A DNA stretch of 64,000 nucleotides. Source: Paramecium tetraurelia. Its lineage: Eukaryota. Location of the stretch: contig CT868441.1 in assembly GCA_000165425.1 (NCBI GenBank), positions 186,001 through 250,000 on the forward strand, written 5' to 3'. The position numbers and the translations under genes are program-made. A model generated the notes under the pieces. That model ran no database searches. It saw only the letters and a program-made list of their open reading frames with translations, and was not told where the DNA came from. Below, piece by piece: positions 25,191 to 39,000 of this stretch. Position 1 is the stretch's first letter, and the number at the start of each line of letters is the position of its first letter.

Positions 25191-28049
25191 TCATCTTTTA
25201 TATTTATTTGTTTCCTATCTTTTCAACTGTTAAAATTCCTATTGGAGTTCCTATTATATTTTCTGTAATTAAGTATCTGTTTTTCTAAATTACCCAGTCT
25301 AGTGAAGCTCTTTGAAGGTTTCTTAAGTGGAGAATGCTTTATCAGTAGTTTTAGTAGATTAAATGCTTTGAAGTGCTTTTGGAGTGGCTTTGACAGGATT
25401 TAATTTAGGAGGTTATGATTAAGGTTTATTTTATTGTTTTGGTTATTACTATTGATTATTTAATTATTATAACTATTATCTTTCTTATTATAAGTTTTGC
25501 ATTTATTGTTTAACTTTTTAGGTTAGAGCATTATTAGCTTATTTAATAATTTTTTTAGGTGGATTATTAATTTAATTTAATTCTTATTATTATTATTATT
25601 ATTATTACTATTATTTGACCTTATTTAAATCAAAACCACCTCCTGTTAATAAATCTTTCTTTAATAGTCTTTCCTCTTCTTTTAATCTTTTTTCCTCCTA
25701 CATTTTTAATTGATATTATTATAATTTTTCATCTGCTCTTTTCTCTAAATTAATAAAATACAATTTTACTTGTCTCTTATTATCTTTACAATAGGTCTTA
25801 TTATTATTCATTCAACAATCTCTGTCTCTCTTCTTCCTCCTATTATTTTTTTATTAACAAAGTTTGTTTCCTTTACAATTCTGCTTGTTATTGTTATTTC
25901 TTTAATTCTTCTGCTTGCATCAACTCTTCTTATCTACTTCCAGCCACTAAATTGAGATTCAAAGGACAATCAATAAGTAATAGTTCATTCAGATATAAAT
26001 ATACTTAATAATTTCCTGGTTTGTTAACTTATAAAACTAGCTTATGTTTAGAAGGTTCTTCAATCTCCTTAATTTCAGCTTTGTAGCCATCGTTCATGAA
26101 ATTAAGGTAAGTCTTATTTTCCTATTATGACTATATCTTGCTCATAGAAACAACTTGATTTTTATGTAATAATTATTCAGTAGTCATATCAGAACCATCA
26201 GTAACATAAATGTTATATCTGATTGGATGATTTTATTTAATACCATAAGGTCCATATTTATCTCCTAGATTGACAATAAGATTAATATCAGAAAAGGTTT
26301 CAAACTCTTCTTGATCTTCGTCTTCTAACTCTAATCTACACCATTCTCCTTATAGAACAGTCGATTCACAAAGCCTTATTCCCCTACACAGGTGGAGTTG
26401 TCTTACTGGGGCAGAGAAGTACAACTTAGATTTTGGTTCTTTGTCAATATCCCATTTAAATATCTTTCCTTGCAAATTCAACGCGTAAATAACTCCTTCA
26501 TATATACAAGCTTAGATGATTTGAACATCTTCATCAATTTATAGTGTTTTTGGGTAATCAATAACTTTTTCCTTGCTTACTTACCCGCAATACAAGACTT
26601 CTCCATCAGAAGTAACAAAAATGCTAGCATTTTCATTCGCATTAATATAAAAACACTCTTCATCTTAGACCTACGAATATTGCTAATGGTTATTCTCTCC
26701 TAATTGATGAAATTTATTTTATCCAATCCCCCACACTTCACCTTACGAATTGAGCGATAATAAATGATTGTCTCCACCTGCAATTTAGTCAATATTATCA
26801 GCTAATTTAGTTAGTTTAGGATATTTAATGTTTTAATCTAGTTCTCCCATGATGAACAATGACTTTCTAGCAAGGATAGCTCCATATTTGAATCCTAAAA
26901 TTATCTATTGAATATCAGCAATAGGATCTATTTTGAGTGGGTGCTTAGCTCCCCATTAATAAATGCGACCTTCTGAATCCCATGCAATTGAAGTGCTTTT
27001 GTATGCTTAAACTCCAATAATGTTCTTATTGCTTAACTAACTAATATTATAAGGAACACTAATAAAATTGCCATCTTATTCGTTCATAGTTACTTGACCT
27101 AAGAAATTCTCTCCCCAACCAAAAACTTCATTACCATTATTACATTTTTCTCCTTTGCATTAACTGACTTAATAGGGATTGATACAAGAACATCCACTAA
27201 TTAAAACTAAGACATGATGCTCTCCACATCCAACTGATAATATTTTCCTGTTTTTGAACATTTAATATTGAGTTAACTCACTGCATTATGTTAAATCTCC
27301 TTAACCCAAACATCCAGTGGCACTATTACCTTAGACACCTAAAAGAGATATCACCTTTTTGTTATCTCTCTAGATCTTAAATATAGTATTTTAATAGATT
27401 TCATCTATCTGTTTGTAAATTTACTCTGGTGTGAGATCATAAATGCCAAGATTAAAGGATGGCATTAATTTAACTGTTTCAGCATAGCTTTTTAATCTCA
27501 ACGCTTACATACATCCATTATAGGTTTCATTTGTCTCTAACTATGCCTTGCATAATGATAACAACACCTTCACTTTCTCCAATGTTGCTAATTCCTTTTC
27601 TAATAATTCAAAACACTCTGTCTTAGCCTCCTCATACATTCTATTTTTGATTAAGAAATCGCTCCTCTGTACCTTATACTGTAATTATTACTAAGGTGTG
27701 GCTTCTTTGTGATTACTTAAAGCTTTGAGGATAGTGCAAATTTGACCAATATTCTCGCATTTATTAAATTCCTTTTGCAGTTCCTTTAATGTCGCCTAAT
27801 CAATACTATGCACATAAGTTGTGGCCTTCACTTGTTTAGTATTTTGTTTCTTGAATCCCATTTCTTCCTCTGTTATGTCAACTTCCCTTAGCATACACAC
27901 TATGTACATCCTCTCTCTCGCAACAATCTCTGTGCGAATTCTTAAGCAAATCGATTGGATTCTAGATCTTAAACGTTGGTACGCACTGAAGACTTCTTTG
28001 CTTTCCTATTAAACTTTCTATAATCTTCATCAGAGGAGCTATCTGACAT
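25191..28049 (-). CDS. RCC1-repeat protein with N-terminal helical region and coiled-coil/low-complexity C-terminus
   Basis: GNSATGCLG, ILSVGCGEHHVLVL, VFGWGENFLGQV, IAGGDNHLLSL, CWGIGQNKFHQLG. Confidence 0.8.
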
Positions 28050-28077
28050 TTTAAAAATATTTATATAATATAATAAA

Positions 28078-28548
28078 TCACTCCCTTTTGATTTTCGGTA
28101 ATTGCAGTCTCTAGGTTACTTGTTCCACTATTGTGCTCTATCTATAATAAATTTATAATGTTACCTAAGCTAACGCTCCTGCTCTTTTGCTGGTTTCACC
28201 AATTAGCTTCTTCTTAAAAAATCATTCTCTCTAAGTGCTTCAGGAGATGGGTCATAGTGCCTTAATCTTCCTAAGAAATTTATCCTTGGCTGAAAACTGT
28301 AGAAACCTCCCTGGGATTCGCTTTATTTTTATCTATTTGCTGTACCTGATGTATGAATCTCGACCTGTCCCATCTGTATGATAAAGATTAAATTTGCTAT
28401 TAATAATTGGCAACGAATTTTGCTTTGACAATTGGTAAAAGGACTCATCTGTATGTAATGAGTCTGCTTTATAAAATCCACCATTTCCATAATTGATATA
28501 TGTATCTCTTCCAGATCCATTTACTTTGTAATTTACCACTTTCGTCAT
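28078..28548 (-). CDS. Small basic protein with repeated G(S/T)GRD(T/S)YI motifs
   Basis: NGSGRDTYINYGNGGF and DGTGRDSYIRY...GGF, ending RLQLPKIKRE-TGA. Confidence 0.65.
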
Positions 28549-28782
28549 TATTTATATTATATTTTTAGTTTTTATGATAAGTTTTAATCCATATTCAATC
28601 TTGATAATACAATAAGAGATTTTTATTTTATAAAATATAATAAACACAGGTCAATTTACCAAAACTTCCTTATATTTGGATGAGAAAATCAAGACTGCAG
28701 GGAAATGCAAAATTCATTCATTAAAAACTAAATCTTTTTAATCGTTATAATTAGAGAAATAAATTATGTAGTAAACATTCTA

Positions 28783-28905
28783 GGTATGGATGAAACGAAA
28801 TTTAGTGAGGCTGAATCTAACATGAATAACTTAGTATTGAGTTACGAAAATTTCAAGTTAATACTGGAAAGAAAAACAAGAATTTGGAAGAGAAGGAGAA
28901 TAAAG
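28783..28905 (+). pseudogene. Degenerate beta-tubulin C-terminal fragment
   Basis: GMDETKFSEAESNMNNLV versus beta-tubulin GMDEMEFTEAESNMNDLV, followed after a frameshift by EKQEFGREGEQ, resembling the acidic tail EEGEFEEEGEQ. There is no room for a full gene. Confidence 0.8.
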
Positions 28906-28998
28906 TTAATTGTTAATCATAACATATATATATATATCAATTACAAACAACTAATTTTGATTTCTTACTTAATACTTCAAAAAACATATATAATTAAA

Positions 28999-30598
28999 AT
29001 GCAAAAATCAAGTCGATCTCTTTCATCCAAAAAAAATGAAAAACTCATTACCAAAAGAAATAAATCTCTTTAAGAAACTGAGAGCTATGGAAAATTTCTT
29101 GAATTTCTTAATTCTAATCAAAATTAGCCTTTCAGATAATTTTTATATATGCAAGAATTCTTTAATACTAACTTGAATTCTTTTCCTTCAGATGAGGAAA
29201 TATAAGCCATTTAATAAAGTTTATTCTCAATCTAATAAGGTATTTCAAATAGAAAAAAAAATTGGACTTTTGATGAAAAGAAAGTATTAATATGGGTCGT
29301 AGGTAAATTAAGTTAATCTCAAGATCATGATATCAGAGAACTCCCTAATAGTTTTTGGGATGATGTATCTGAATTGATTTGCAGGAGAGACCCTTAATCT
29401 TGTAAGTTAAAATGGTCATAACTTAGAAAACCAGATTTATAATAAAAACCATTCACTTAATAGGAAGATTAACTGTTATTAGATTTAATTAATAAATACA
29501 ATGATTCTGAATAAGGGAAAAAATGGTGTTAAATATCGGAAGAGCTTAATTCCTAAAATTTAAATTATCGAACTAGTAAACAATGCAGGGAAAGATGGTT
29601 AAATCATTTAAATCCAAAGATTTCCAAGTAAATTATCAAAACATAATAGGGACCCTTGGAATGACGATGAAGATATATTGTTACTAGATTTAATTTTAGC
29701 ACATGGAAGAAAATGGGCTGAAATTTCAAAATTATTTGATGGCAGGAGAAATGAGAATAATGTCAAGAATAGATTTTCTAGTTTAATCAAAAGAGAAAAA
29801 GATTTGATTGTTGAGTATGAATATTAATTTATAAATTTAAGTCTAAAAAATGGGTAAATAACAAATTTAGATGCTATTTTGGGAAATCCTACTGGGCAAA
29901 CATTAAATAATTAATCAAGTATCGCTATTGAAGTTTTAAAAAATAAAATATTGTGGAGAAAAGGTCAAAACAAATCTGGTGAACAATTCAATGATTTTAG
30001 AAGAACTTCTATCCATCAGACCTCTGGAAAATAAGAAGAATTTTACCTCAAAAGAACATCTATAGTGAAATATTCAGTAGGACATTTGGGTTAAGATGAA
30101 ATATTAAATGATGAATTAGTGCCTTGTTTAGTGAATTTAGAAAAAAATATCATTTATTTTTGCTCAAAGGAACAAATATTAAAATTATTAGAAAATTAAA
30201 TAAATTAAATTAATTATAATTTTGAACAAGCCAAGAAAGACATTAAATCTTTTGATTCAGGATTAATTAACTTTAAAACTCAATTAAGTATCATTAGTGA
30301 AATAAACGATTCAAAGATTAGCTCATTTTTATGTGGATAAGATAATGAAGATAATTATAGTTAAATTGGTAAAGTAGTTTAAAAGTAATTCATGGATTTA
30401 GAACAATATCTTAACTTAGATCCTCCTTAAAATTAATAAATAAAGCACTTCCTAAATCCAATATAATAAATACATTATAAAGCATACTATTAAATAAGGA
30501 AAGCTTGTAAATCAGAAGTTCTTTAATAAAATGTGAGAATAAGTGATTAAAAAATTCCAAGGTCTTTGCCCAATGTAATTTCTATTGTTTCTTAATGA
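28999..30598 (+). CDS. Myb-like DNA-binding protein (three Myb/SANT repeats)
   Basis: NWTFDEK...CKLKW; FTQQEDQLL...KKWCQIS...RTSKQCRERWLNHLNP; PWNDDEDILL..HGRKWAEISK..GRRNENNVKNRF. Confidence 0.9.
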
Positions 30599-30693
30599 GC
30601 ATTTATGAGTATTAATAAATGTAACAATTTAATTAGAAATATTATTAAATAAGATAATATTGATATTATAATTCATAAATTTAGTCAAACTCA

Positions 30694-32179
30694 TCATTTA
30701 TATTTGAATTAATTGAGTTCCTTCATCAAAATATCTGTGTTTTTGCCTTCTGCCTAATATCTCTTAACCATCTAGAAAGCCCATTCATCAAATTCTTTGT
30801 CTTGATTATCTAATCTAGCTAAACACTTATCCCTTTCATCAAAATTTTTCATAATTTCTTAGGTTCTTTTTTGAGTTCGTTCATTTTCTTATTAGTGATG
30901 AAAGTCTTTTAATTCTTGATTTTTCTTTCTGATTTCCATTTTTTCTCTAAGTTCTTGTTCATGAAGTTCTTTATTTCTATTAATCCAATATTATTAAAAT
31001 TCTTAATTCAATTTTTTCTCTTCTTCTTCTTATTATTATTTAATTTCCATTTTAACTTTGTGACTATAACTTATTGCACTTTATAATTTACGTCTTTACT
31101 CTTTTTTTATTTTTTCAACTTCTTCTGCTTTAATTTCAGCTTCAACGATATTTTTATTTAATAATTTTTCTTACTCTTCTTTTTATTTCTTTAATTTTTC
31201 AGTTTAAGCATCAATTAATTTTTATCTTTAGGCTTGCTTTTCTGCCTTCCTTTATTCATCTCTAATTTTCCTAATTTCTAAGACTCTTTCCTTTTTCTTA
31301 GCATGTTCTTCTATTTTTTTTTCTTCTTCTAACAATTTCTATTTTTCCAGTTCTCTTTGCTTCTTCAATACTTCATTGCCCTAAATTAGTAATTGTTGAT
31401 TTTCCAAGATTTTATCTTTCTTCTGTTTAGCAATCCTTTGTTCTTCTTCCAAATCTGCCTGTACTTTAGCTTTCATTAATTCTCCTTCTATCTTTTCTTC
31501 TTGAACTTACTTAATAAATTTATCCTATTCTAAAATTAACACACATTACTCTCATAATATCATGCTATTTCTTAAGCATGTCATGTTGTTATTTTTTTTT
31601 CTCTAGTAATTCTTCCTATTTCTTCTTTTCTAATAAATCTTTTTCGGCCTATATTTCCAACATTTGTTCATACTGCACCTTTTCTCTTTCTTTCTCTAAG
31701 AGCTTCTGCATCTCTTTAATTTATTTTTATCCTTCTCTTTCTTAAAGTGCATCTACAACAAGCATTTTGGATTGAAACTGTCTAATACGTTCATTATTCT
31801 CATAGATTTATTTATTAGCTTTTTCTAAGATTTATTATTTGACAAGTGCCTAATATCTACGCTCATCTTCATCTATTTTTCTCCTTTCCTCCTCATCCTT
31901 CTTGAAACGTTCAAACCTTAAATGAGATTTACAAGTATGATTACTTGGTTCTGTCCTTCTAAACCTTGTTCTGTTTTAATGTGTTATTCCAATTCTTTAC
32001 ACGATCCTACGATAACTTATGCCTTTTGTGAACAGTTATTAATACAATTCAAATTTCTCAGGAGTATCTTGATGATATACTGTAATATGGTCTTGCATTC
32101 TCTTCAACTCTGATAGGGGAATCACTGCTGTGGTCTATTTACTTGAAGCTACTGCTGATTATACTCTCCGAACACTCAT
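30694..32179 (-). CDS. TPH (trichohyalin-plectin homology) coiled-coil ciliary protein, CFAP210/CCDC173-like
   Basis: RVKNWNNTL...EEERRKIDEDERRYQ...ILEKAN..IYENNERIRQFQSKMLV.DALQERE resembles the CFAP210 N-terminal block, followed by a long E/K/Q coiled coil. Confidence 0.7.
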
Positions 32180-32196
32180 TATATATATTATTATAA

Positions 32197-33261
32197 TCAA
32201 TTATTTTATTAGCCAGATTCTTGCATATTTGAGTTAATTTAATAAAAGTAATCTCTTTCGTTGATACTTTCCTCTAGATCTTGTGGGAGCAAGGGATTCA
32301 CTAAACTAAGATTGTTCATCTAAAATACATTCTTGTTCTTTAGAATTTCCTCTGAAAACCTCTTCTTGGACACTACTCTATGAAATGTAGGCAAAGAAGT
32401 TGAAGAATTCCCATAAGGATAGCATAGTCCAACTTATTGTACTTTGGATTCCTCCTATCTTAGAATTGAAGTTTATTTACTTCAACATTAAAGAAGGTCT
32501 CTAAGTCCATAATTGTGAATAAAAAAGAACAAAGGATTGTGATAATAGGATAAGCTAGCAATCGTTTAACAATTTTTTTGACTTCTACAAATATAATTTC
32601 ATCAATGATTTCTTCATAACTAGATTATTATTTTATGGAATGCTTTACAATTTCTTTATGTTGTACAGAACTGTCATGCTGTAGATGAGATAAAATATTA
32701 TCGGGATTTCCCATGCTATCAACTTAGTGATTTCAACCTAAATCTTTACTGCTGAAGTTTGATGAGAAGTTGTGTAAAGATAACAAAAATTATTTGTCTG
32801 CTATTCAGATGTAGCTCCATCCAAGACTGCTGGCCAAATAGCCAGGAGGATCGGAATCCCAAAAGAACAGAGTAACAGTTTAAACTCATTGTTTCTCAAT
32901 TGATTGTGCATGTTTTCCAATTCTTATAGAGATCCCCTATTTGAATATACATTAAATAGTTTTCTTGTATAGAATGAGAAATCTACTTTAATGCCCAAAT
33001 CATTATGGTGCTCCAAAATATCATTATCAATGAACCACAAATCAAAACACTAACTGATACTTTGCAGTTTGTCATTCCGTAGCTCGATGATAATTGAATG
33101 CCTATTATTTGAATCATTGATCCTATAGTAATGTAAATAATCGTGTGAGAGAAAAATCCCTGACGCAATTTCTCAAAATGGAAAAATAAGAAGAAAATCA
33201 CCAAGGCTCCACATAATGATAAGCAATTCCCTATGGTAATTATGATCTCATAAGTTTACAT
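32197..33261 (-). CDS. Seven-TM receptor-like protein (cAMP receptor/GCR1-like)
   Basis: GNCLSLCGALVIF (TM1), Cys before TM3 (NCKV), FGIPILLAIWP, NFCY, KRLLAYPII and FFNFFAY in TM7. Confidence 0.7.
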
Positions 33262-33317
33262 TTTATTTTTATAATTAAACACTATTCTATTGATTAAACT
33301 TCAAATATATATTTTTT

Positions 33318-34869
33318 ATGGATTAATCACTAAATGATGCTGAGGCCTTCCTCAAATAAAAAATCAAAATAAACCCACTCAAGGACCAGATGATATAAAA
33401 CCAAAAGAATTACGAGATCTAACTCCAAGTAGCTCATTATTTCAAGAAATCTGATACTTATACAAAAAAATCAGCAATCAAATTAATGAGTATGATTTTA
33501 TCACATATAATTATTCAGGCAATGAGAATGATGAATAACTAGTTTATTTCATATTTGGAGAACACATCCCAGATTAGAGTAAAAAGTAAGATTATGAATC
33601 CTTCAAAATTGATGTCATAGAAACAATGCATCCAAGAATAGATAGATTTTTTGTCATTGTCTTTTTCAATACGAATATGATGACCGCATCAACACTCAAT
33701 GATTTCAAAGACTTCTATGGGACACTTCCTGAAAAATACTTTTTTCATATGAAGAAATTTATAGTTCTCCATGCCAATTTTATAGTCAAAGGCGGAGGTA
33801 TTTTTGGAATGAATGAAATCAAATCGTTTTTTAAGAAAATTACTACCTTTGCTGATACGTATTATTATATATTCTATCCAGGCTCTTAATCCTATCTAAA
33901 GAAGAATGGTTTAGATACAAAATGTTAGCTGCATTACCAGAAAGTGTTAAGGCATACGATTAATCCTATAAAGACATTGAAAATCAAAGAAAAAAAACTG
34001 TTCTCAGAAAACAGTAAACCTAATAAGCAGTTGGAGATGATGATATTGATTCAGATGATAATTTTGATAAAGATTCTAAAATTTTAGGATTGAATTTGCA
34101 TGAATATGAGAGAAACAAATTTGGTATTCCAGTCATCCTCGATATGCTTGTTTAATACTTTGAAAAATAACCAGAGAAACTCTAAACAGAAGGAATATTC
34201 AGAAAATAAGCTGCTGTTTATGAAGAAAAAGTAGTTGAGGCAGCTTTAGCTTGTTAAAAAGTAGGGTTTCTGAATAAAGTTGAAAATGCTCATACCATAG
34301 CATGTGTTTTTAAACAGTTTTTCTTAAAATTGAAAGAACCTCTTATGACTTATCAATTATATGACTGGGTTGTTCAGAATAAACCATAAATTGAATAAGA
34401 TTTGGAAGTTAGTGTGCAAATGCTTTTTGATTACATGCCTGAGATGAATAGAGAAATATTACTGTTCTCCTTAGGATTCCTATATTCTGTCATCAGAGAA
34501 CAAGAACATAATTTAATGACTGCCTATAATATGGCTGTTGTATTTGGTCCCAACTTTTTTAGATCAGAAGTAGTAAAAATGGCTGATTTAGGCCATGTTA
34601 CGTAAAAATTTAAATAAATTTAGACTTTTTGTCTAAATAGTCCAGATTATGTTAGAATAGAAAAAAGATTATGATTATAAAAAGATGTTAGAAAAAAGAA
34701 GCGATAATTTAAACTTTGATGCATCTTTGGTTCCCTTTTTGCCGGATGATTTAGCCAATTTAGATGATATATTAGACATGGTCTCTGGTAAATATTGCAT
34801 ACTAAGACAATAGACAAAAATGTAGTAAACGAAACTGAGAGAAAAGAATTAAAGGCTAGATATAAATGA
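33318..34869 (+). CDS. RhoGAP with N-terminal BCH/CRAL-TRIO-like domain (p50RhoGAP-like architecture)
   Basis: FFVIVFF...MKKFIVLHANF (BCH-like); IPVIL, LQTEGIFRK (Arg finger), KQFFLKLKEPL, NLMTAYNMAVVFGPNF. Confidence 0.85.
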
Positions 34870-35226
34870 TTTGAGTATATTGTTAAATCAAATTATTGTG
34901 ATTTTAAGTTAGTTATAATTACTCATAAGGACTCTTCAAGTGTATGCAAAGTTGTAGAGGTTAACTATTTCTTCTTAATATCTAATATCTAATTTCCAAA
35001 TATTTTTGATTCATTTTTATATCTAGTTAGTCTAAATTATTTATATGGTTAATTTGTCATGATCTGATTTCTTTGAGTGCGTGCAGATTAATATAAGGAT
35101 GGTAATCTATTATTGCATGATCGATTAATTCTCGCCTCTTTTTGTAAAATTTGGGAGATTAGTACATTATTTCTAGAAATACCCTTATTTCCATTCATTT
35201 TTAAATGAATATTTTTTATTTTATTA

Positions 35227-35918
35227 ATGAATCCTCTACTTGACAATTTTAGACAAGAACATAAAAATTTGAAGTCATTTAAAGAACTGATTAAATTAGA
35301 AAGTAAGGCGTTGAAATAGTTTCTAAGTGAAACAATCTAATTATCCATAAAATACAATTCTTCATTATTTGATGGTTTTCATTATTTTCTGTCTAAATTT
35401 TAATCTGATCTTTAAAATCAGTATATATTATTGAAATAACTTGAGAAATACTTCTAGAAAATCAAACAAGATGTAAATTCTCATTATATTTATAAAAGGC
35501 GCAAACCTGCTTTAAAAATTTACTTGAATTTGATAATAAAGAATTCGACGAGATCGATATCGACACCAACAATGATATGCCAAAGTAATAGAATTACTCA
35601 ATGATTCTAATAGATGATGTTATAAAAAAAAAGAAATGCTTGAGGAAAAAGACAAGTTAAATGATAGAAATATTCACAGGAAAACATAATTTTACGCTGT
35701 TTAATTATCAGAAGTCAAATAATCAAGAAAATACTTTATTTTCAGAAGAAATGAATATGGGTACAAATTCTGAAGCTACCATTTTATCAAATATTATTGA
35801 ATCAATTATCTTGGACGAAAATGAATCAATTTTAGATGGTGGTTCCAGTTTTGAAAAATAGCTATTGAAAGATGGGTAATTTCATTAGATCTTGTGCGAA
35901 CCTAAGAAATAGTTTTGA
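35227..35918 (+). CDS. Hypothetical protein
   Basis: Code-6 frame MNPLLDNFRQEHK... with one 26-nt intron, ending at TGA 35916-35918. Confidence 0.55.
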
Positions 35919-36020
35919 TTTATTACTTTATTAGATTATTATGATTACAAATATTGAATATGTAATTTTAGTTACTAAATAAAATTGTAATTTATTTGTT
36001 CCTTTTATATTTATTATCAA

Positions 36021-39000
36021 ATGAGGGCAAGTACAAAAATATCCTCCAAAAGGGTCACATTAACATCCGAATTAGCAAATCGTTCATTATCCTTAGCCTA
36101 AATCTATCATGGTATTATTGTTGCAATAATTGTTAAGTTGGTAAAGGTAAGAGAGAGAGAGCTGATTTCTTAAAGGATTCAAATAAGTTGAAGTTCTCTT
36201 TGCAGACATAAGCTTTCAAGAATTCATCGCATCCATCTAATATTTTTGATGATAGGTAGATTGTGAATAATAATTTAATTAAGGGGATCTGACTAGAGTG
36301 ATGATTCATTTTATTTAAGCAGTGAAAATATCTCAGAAGATTCTATTCTTTCGGTTCATGTAGTTGATAAATACAATAAAAATGATGAGGGTTCTTCTTT
36401 TAAGTAGTCAAATAATAGTTAAAGTAAACAAGAAATCGATCAGCACAAAAGCCAAATTTAAATGGATGGGATAAATTATAAATAAAATAAAAATGAAGGA
36501 GAAGCCTAATTGTAAAAGATTATAAAAAAATATTAAAAGTAAATGTAAAGAAATCCTTTGTAAGATCCATATTATGTTCAATTAAAAATATTGAGAGGCT
36601 ATGAAAGACTTAAATTCGAATTAACAGTATGAATTCTAACTTAATTAGCGCTATCACGACAAAAATAGATTTTTATAAATGAGAAAAAGGATAGTATTTA
36701 TATTTTACATTTTTCCAATAATAATAAAGGGATTAGTAAAATCGATCTATTTTAAATTGTTTATGACAACATTGATCATCTTCAACGTTGCCTTATTCAT
36801 ATATGTTAAGACCAACAATAGAAAAGACACAGATCAAATTGAACAAGTGATAACAGTGTTCTTTTTGATTGAGGTAAGCTTTAGAATTATTGCCTCAGGA
36901 GTAATTTTGAATAGAAAAAGCTTTTTTAGAAGTCCATTGAACATATACGATTTTACATTAGTTGTTCTAACAACCTTAAATTTATACAGACCTGATGTAA
37001 TAATCCTAGATCTATCTCCATTAAGAATGATCACTTTATTAAATTACTTGGGAAATGTATTGAAAGGACTATCAGTAATGCTTAAGGCATTGATATCATC
37101 TTTGAAGTTCCTTTTAGAAGCCTTGATAATAGTGGGTTTATTTTCATTATTTTTTGGGATATTTGGAGTGCTACTCTTTTAGAACTTATTTAATTACAGA
37201 TGTTAATTTGAGAATGGAGATGAAACTGAAGGGTGGATCCAATGCAATGAGAATTAGTGTCCGGAAGGTATGAGTTGTTCATATTCTGACTACACACCAA
37301 AACCACCAACTTCATTTAATAATATCATTTATTCAGTAGGACAGATTTTAAGAACAATAACTATGGATGATTGGAGTTGGGTGATGTTTTTCACTATGAG
37401 AATATTCAATCCTTGGATATGGATCTATTATTTGTTGATCATTTTTGTGGGTGGATTCTTTGGATTCAATTTAGTTATTGCTGTTTTAAAAACTCATTAT
37501 GCAGAAGTAGCATAAGAAACTGTATAGGAGGAAATTAAGTAATAAATGATGGCCAGGCTAAAGGAGAAGTAGGAAAATCCAGAGAGAGATTTGATTTAGA
37601 TCTTTGATGTAGCTGTTTTAAAGCATATTGGAATTTATAAGGCTTTCTTGAGTTATAAAAAACAATTGACTAATCCATTGTATCAATCATAATCTCATCC
37701 CATTGAGGAATTGAGCTAGGAAAATATTAAAACAAAAGTAAGGACCTTATCTGGTAGATAGAGGACAAATGAGAAAGTATTATTATTAATTATTATTTAA
37801 GAATAGAAATCAGAAAGGATTTTAAGCCTATCTGGATCAATTTAGTTTGAAATATTTATTATTGCCTAGATTTAAATATTTGGATAAATTCAAACAAATG
37901 ATTAAAGTATCCAATTACACTGATGATCCTTTGGAAATGAAATTAATATCTAGATTATTGGAGAATCAGTTCTCTTAGCTCTCTCCATATCCAAATTATG
38001 ATTTATTTCAAAATTTTAATAGTGAAGATGATGTTTTGTTAGCTTTCATGTAAATTTCATATTTCATTTAAGTGAAAAAGAAAAACAAAGGAAAATCGTT
38101 GATTAAAATTAATTGATCAAATAATGCAGATAGATTAAATTTAAACAAGTTTATTCCCTAACAAAGGTGCCAAAGTAAACCATGATTTCATCAAAAGCTT
38201 TAATTCCAATTAAATCAGCTCGGAGAAAAATAAAAACTTCTTAAATCGATTAGACGAATGATGAGATTGCATTAAAACATCTTAATGTAAATAGAGAAGC
38301 ATCCATTTAAGTAAAGATGAATAATTTTAAACATTGTTAAACCCAAAGTAGTTTTCCTTTCTCAGTAGTGAGTAAGAAGAAAATTTATGTTATGATACAA
38401 GAATAATATATTGATTATGAAGCATTATGTGAAAAAATTAATACCAAAATACCAACAATGATAGATAATTCTACTTCTAATGAATTTAAATATAGACTAT
38501 TAAGAATGAAGGAATTAAAAAAGCGAATGATAGAAAAAAAGAATTGGTCAGGAAGTGATGTATTATTGTTAGATATTTTGAGGGCAAATGAATTTAATGA
38601 AATAAAATAAAAATTGAATTATCAAGATTAGCAAATTTGGTTGACTGGATTAAAAGGAAAGATTACTACTGCAAAGAAATATTGTTATATTTTAATAAGT
38701 AGTAGGTTTAGTTAATTCTTTTTTGATTTGATAATCTTATTCAATTTTACTTTTTTATCCTTATAAGGGATAGTAAATCCTGGATTGATATCAAACATAG
38801 AAGATATCACAACCATTCTACTATGTTTTGAATAATCATTAAAATTATTCTCTTATCCATATAGAGAGTTACTCAATTATCCAAGTTAAGTTCTTTAGTT
38901 GTTCATCATAATTTTGAATTTTATTGAACTTACTCTAGGCGATTAAATAACTAATTCAAATTTGTAAACTTAAAAATTGATTAGAGGAACAAAATGTCTT

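Noticed and set aside
25400..25620. (TTA)n / TAT-rich microsatellite-like tracts
   Set aside because: These are poly-Gln (TAA) codons of the RCC1-repeat gene on the minus strand.
28786..29073. Track ORF joining the tubulin-like peptide to the Myb gene start
   Set aside because: The linker runs through TA-rich UTR-like sequence, and a good ATG for the Myb gene exists at 28999; the join is probably a chance in-frame read.
34870..35226. Possible snoRNA or other ncRNA in a 350-nt gap
   Set aside because: I could not find properly spaced C/D or H/ACA boxes or a terminal stem; an Infernal/Rfam search would be needed.
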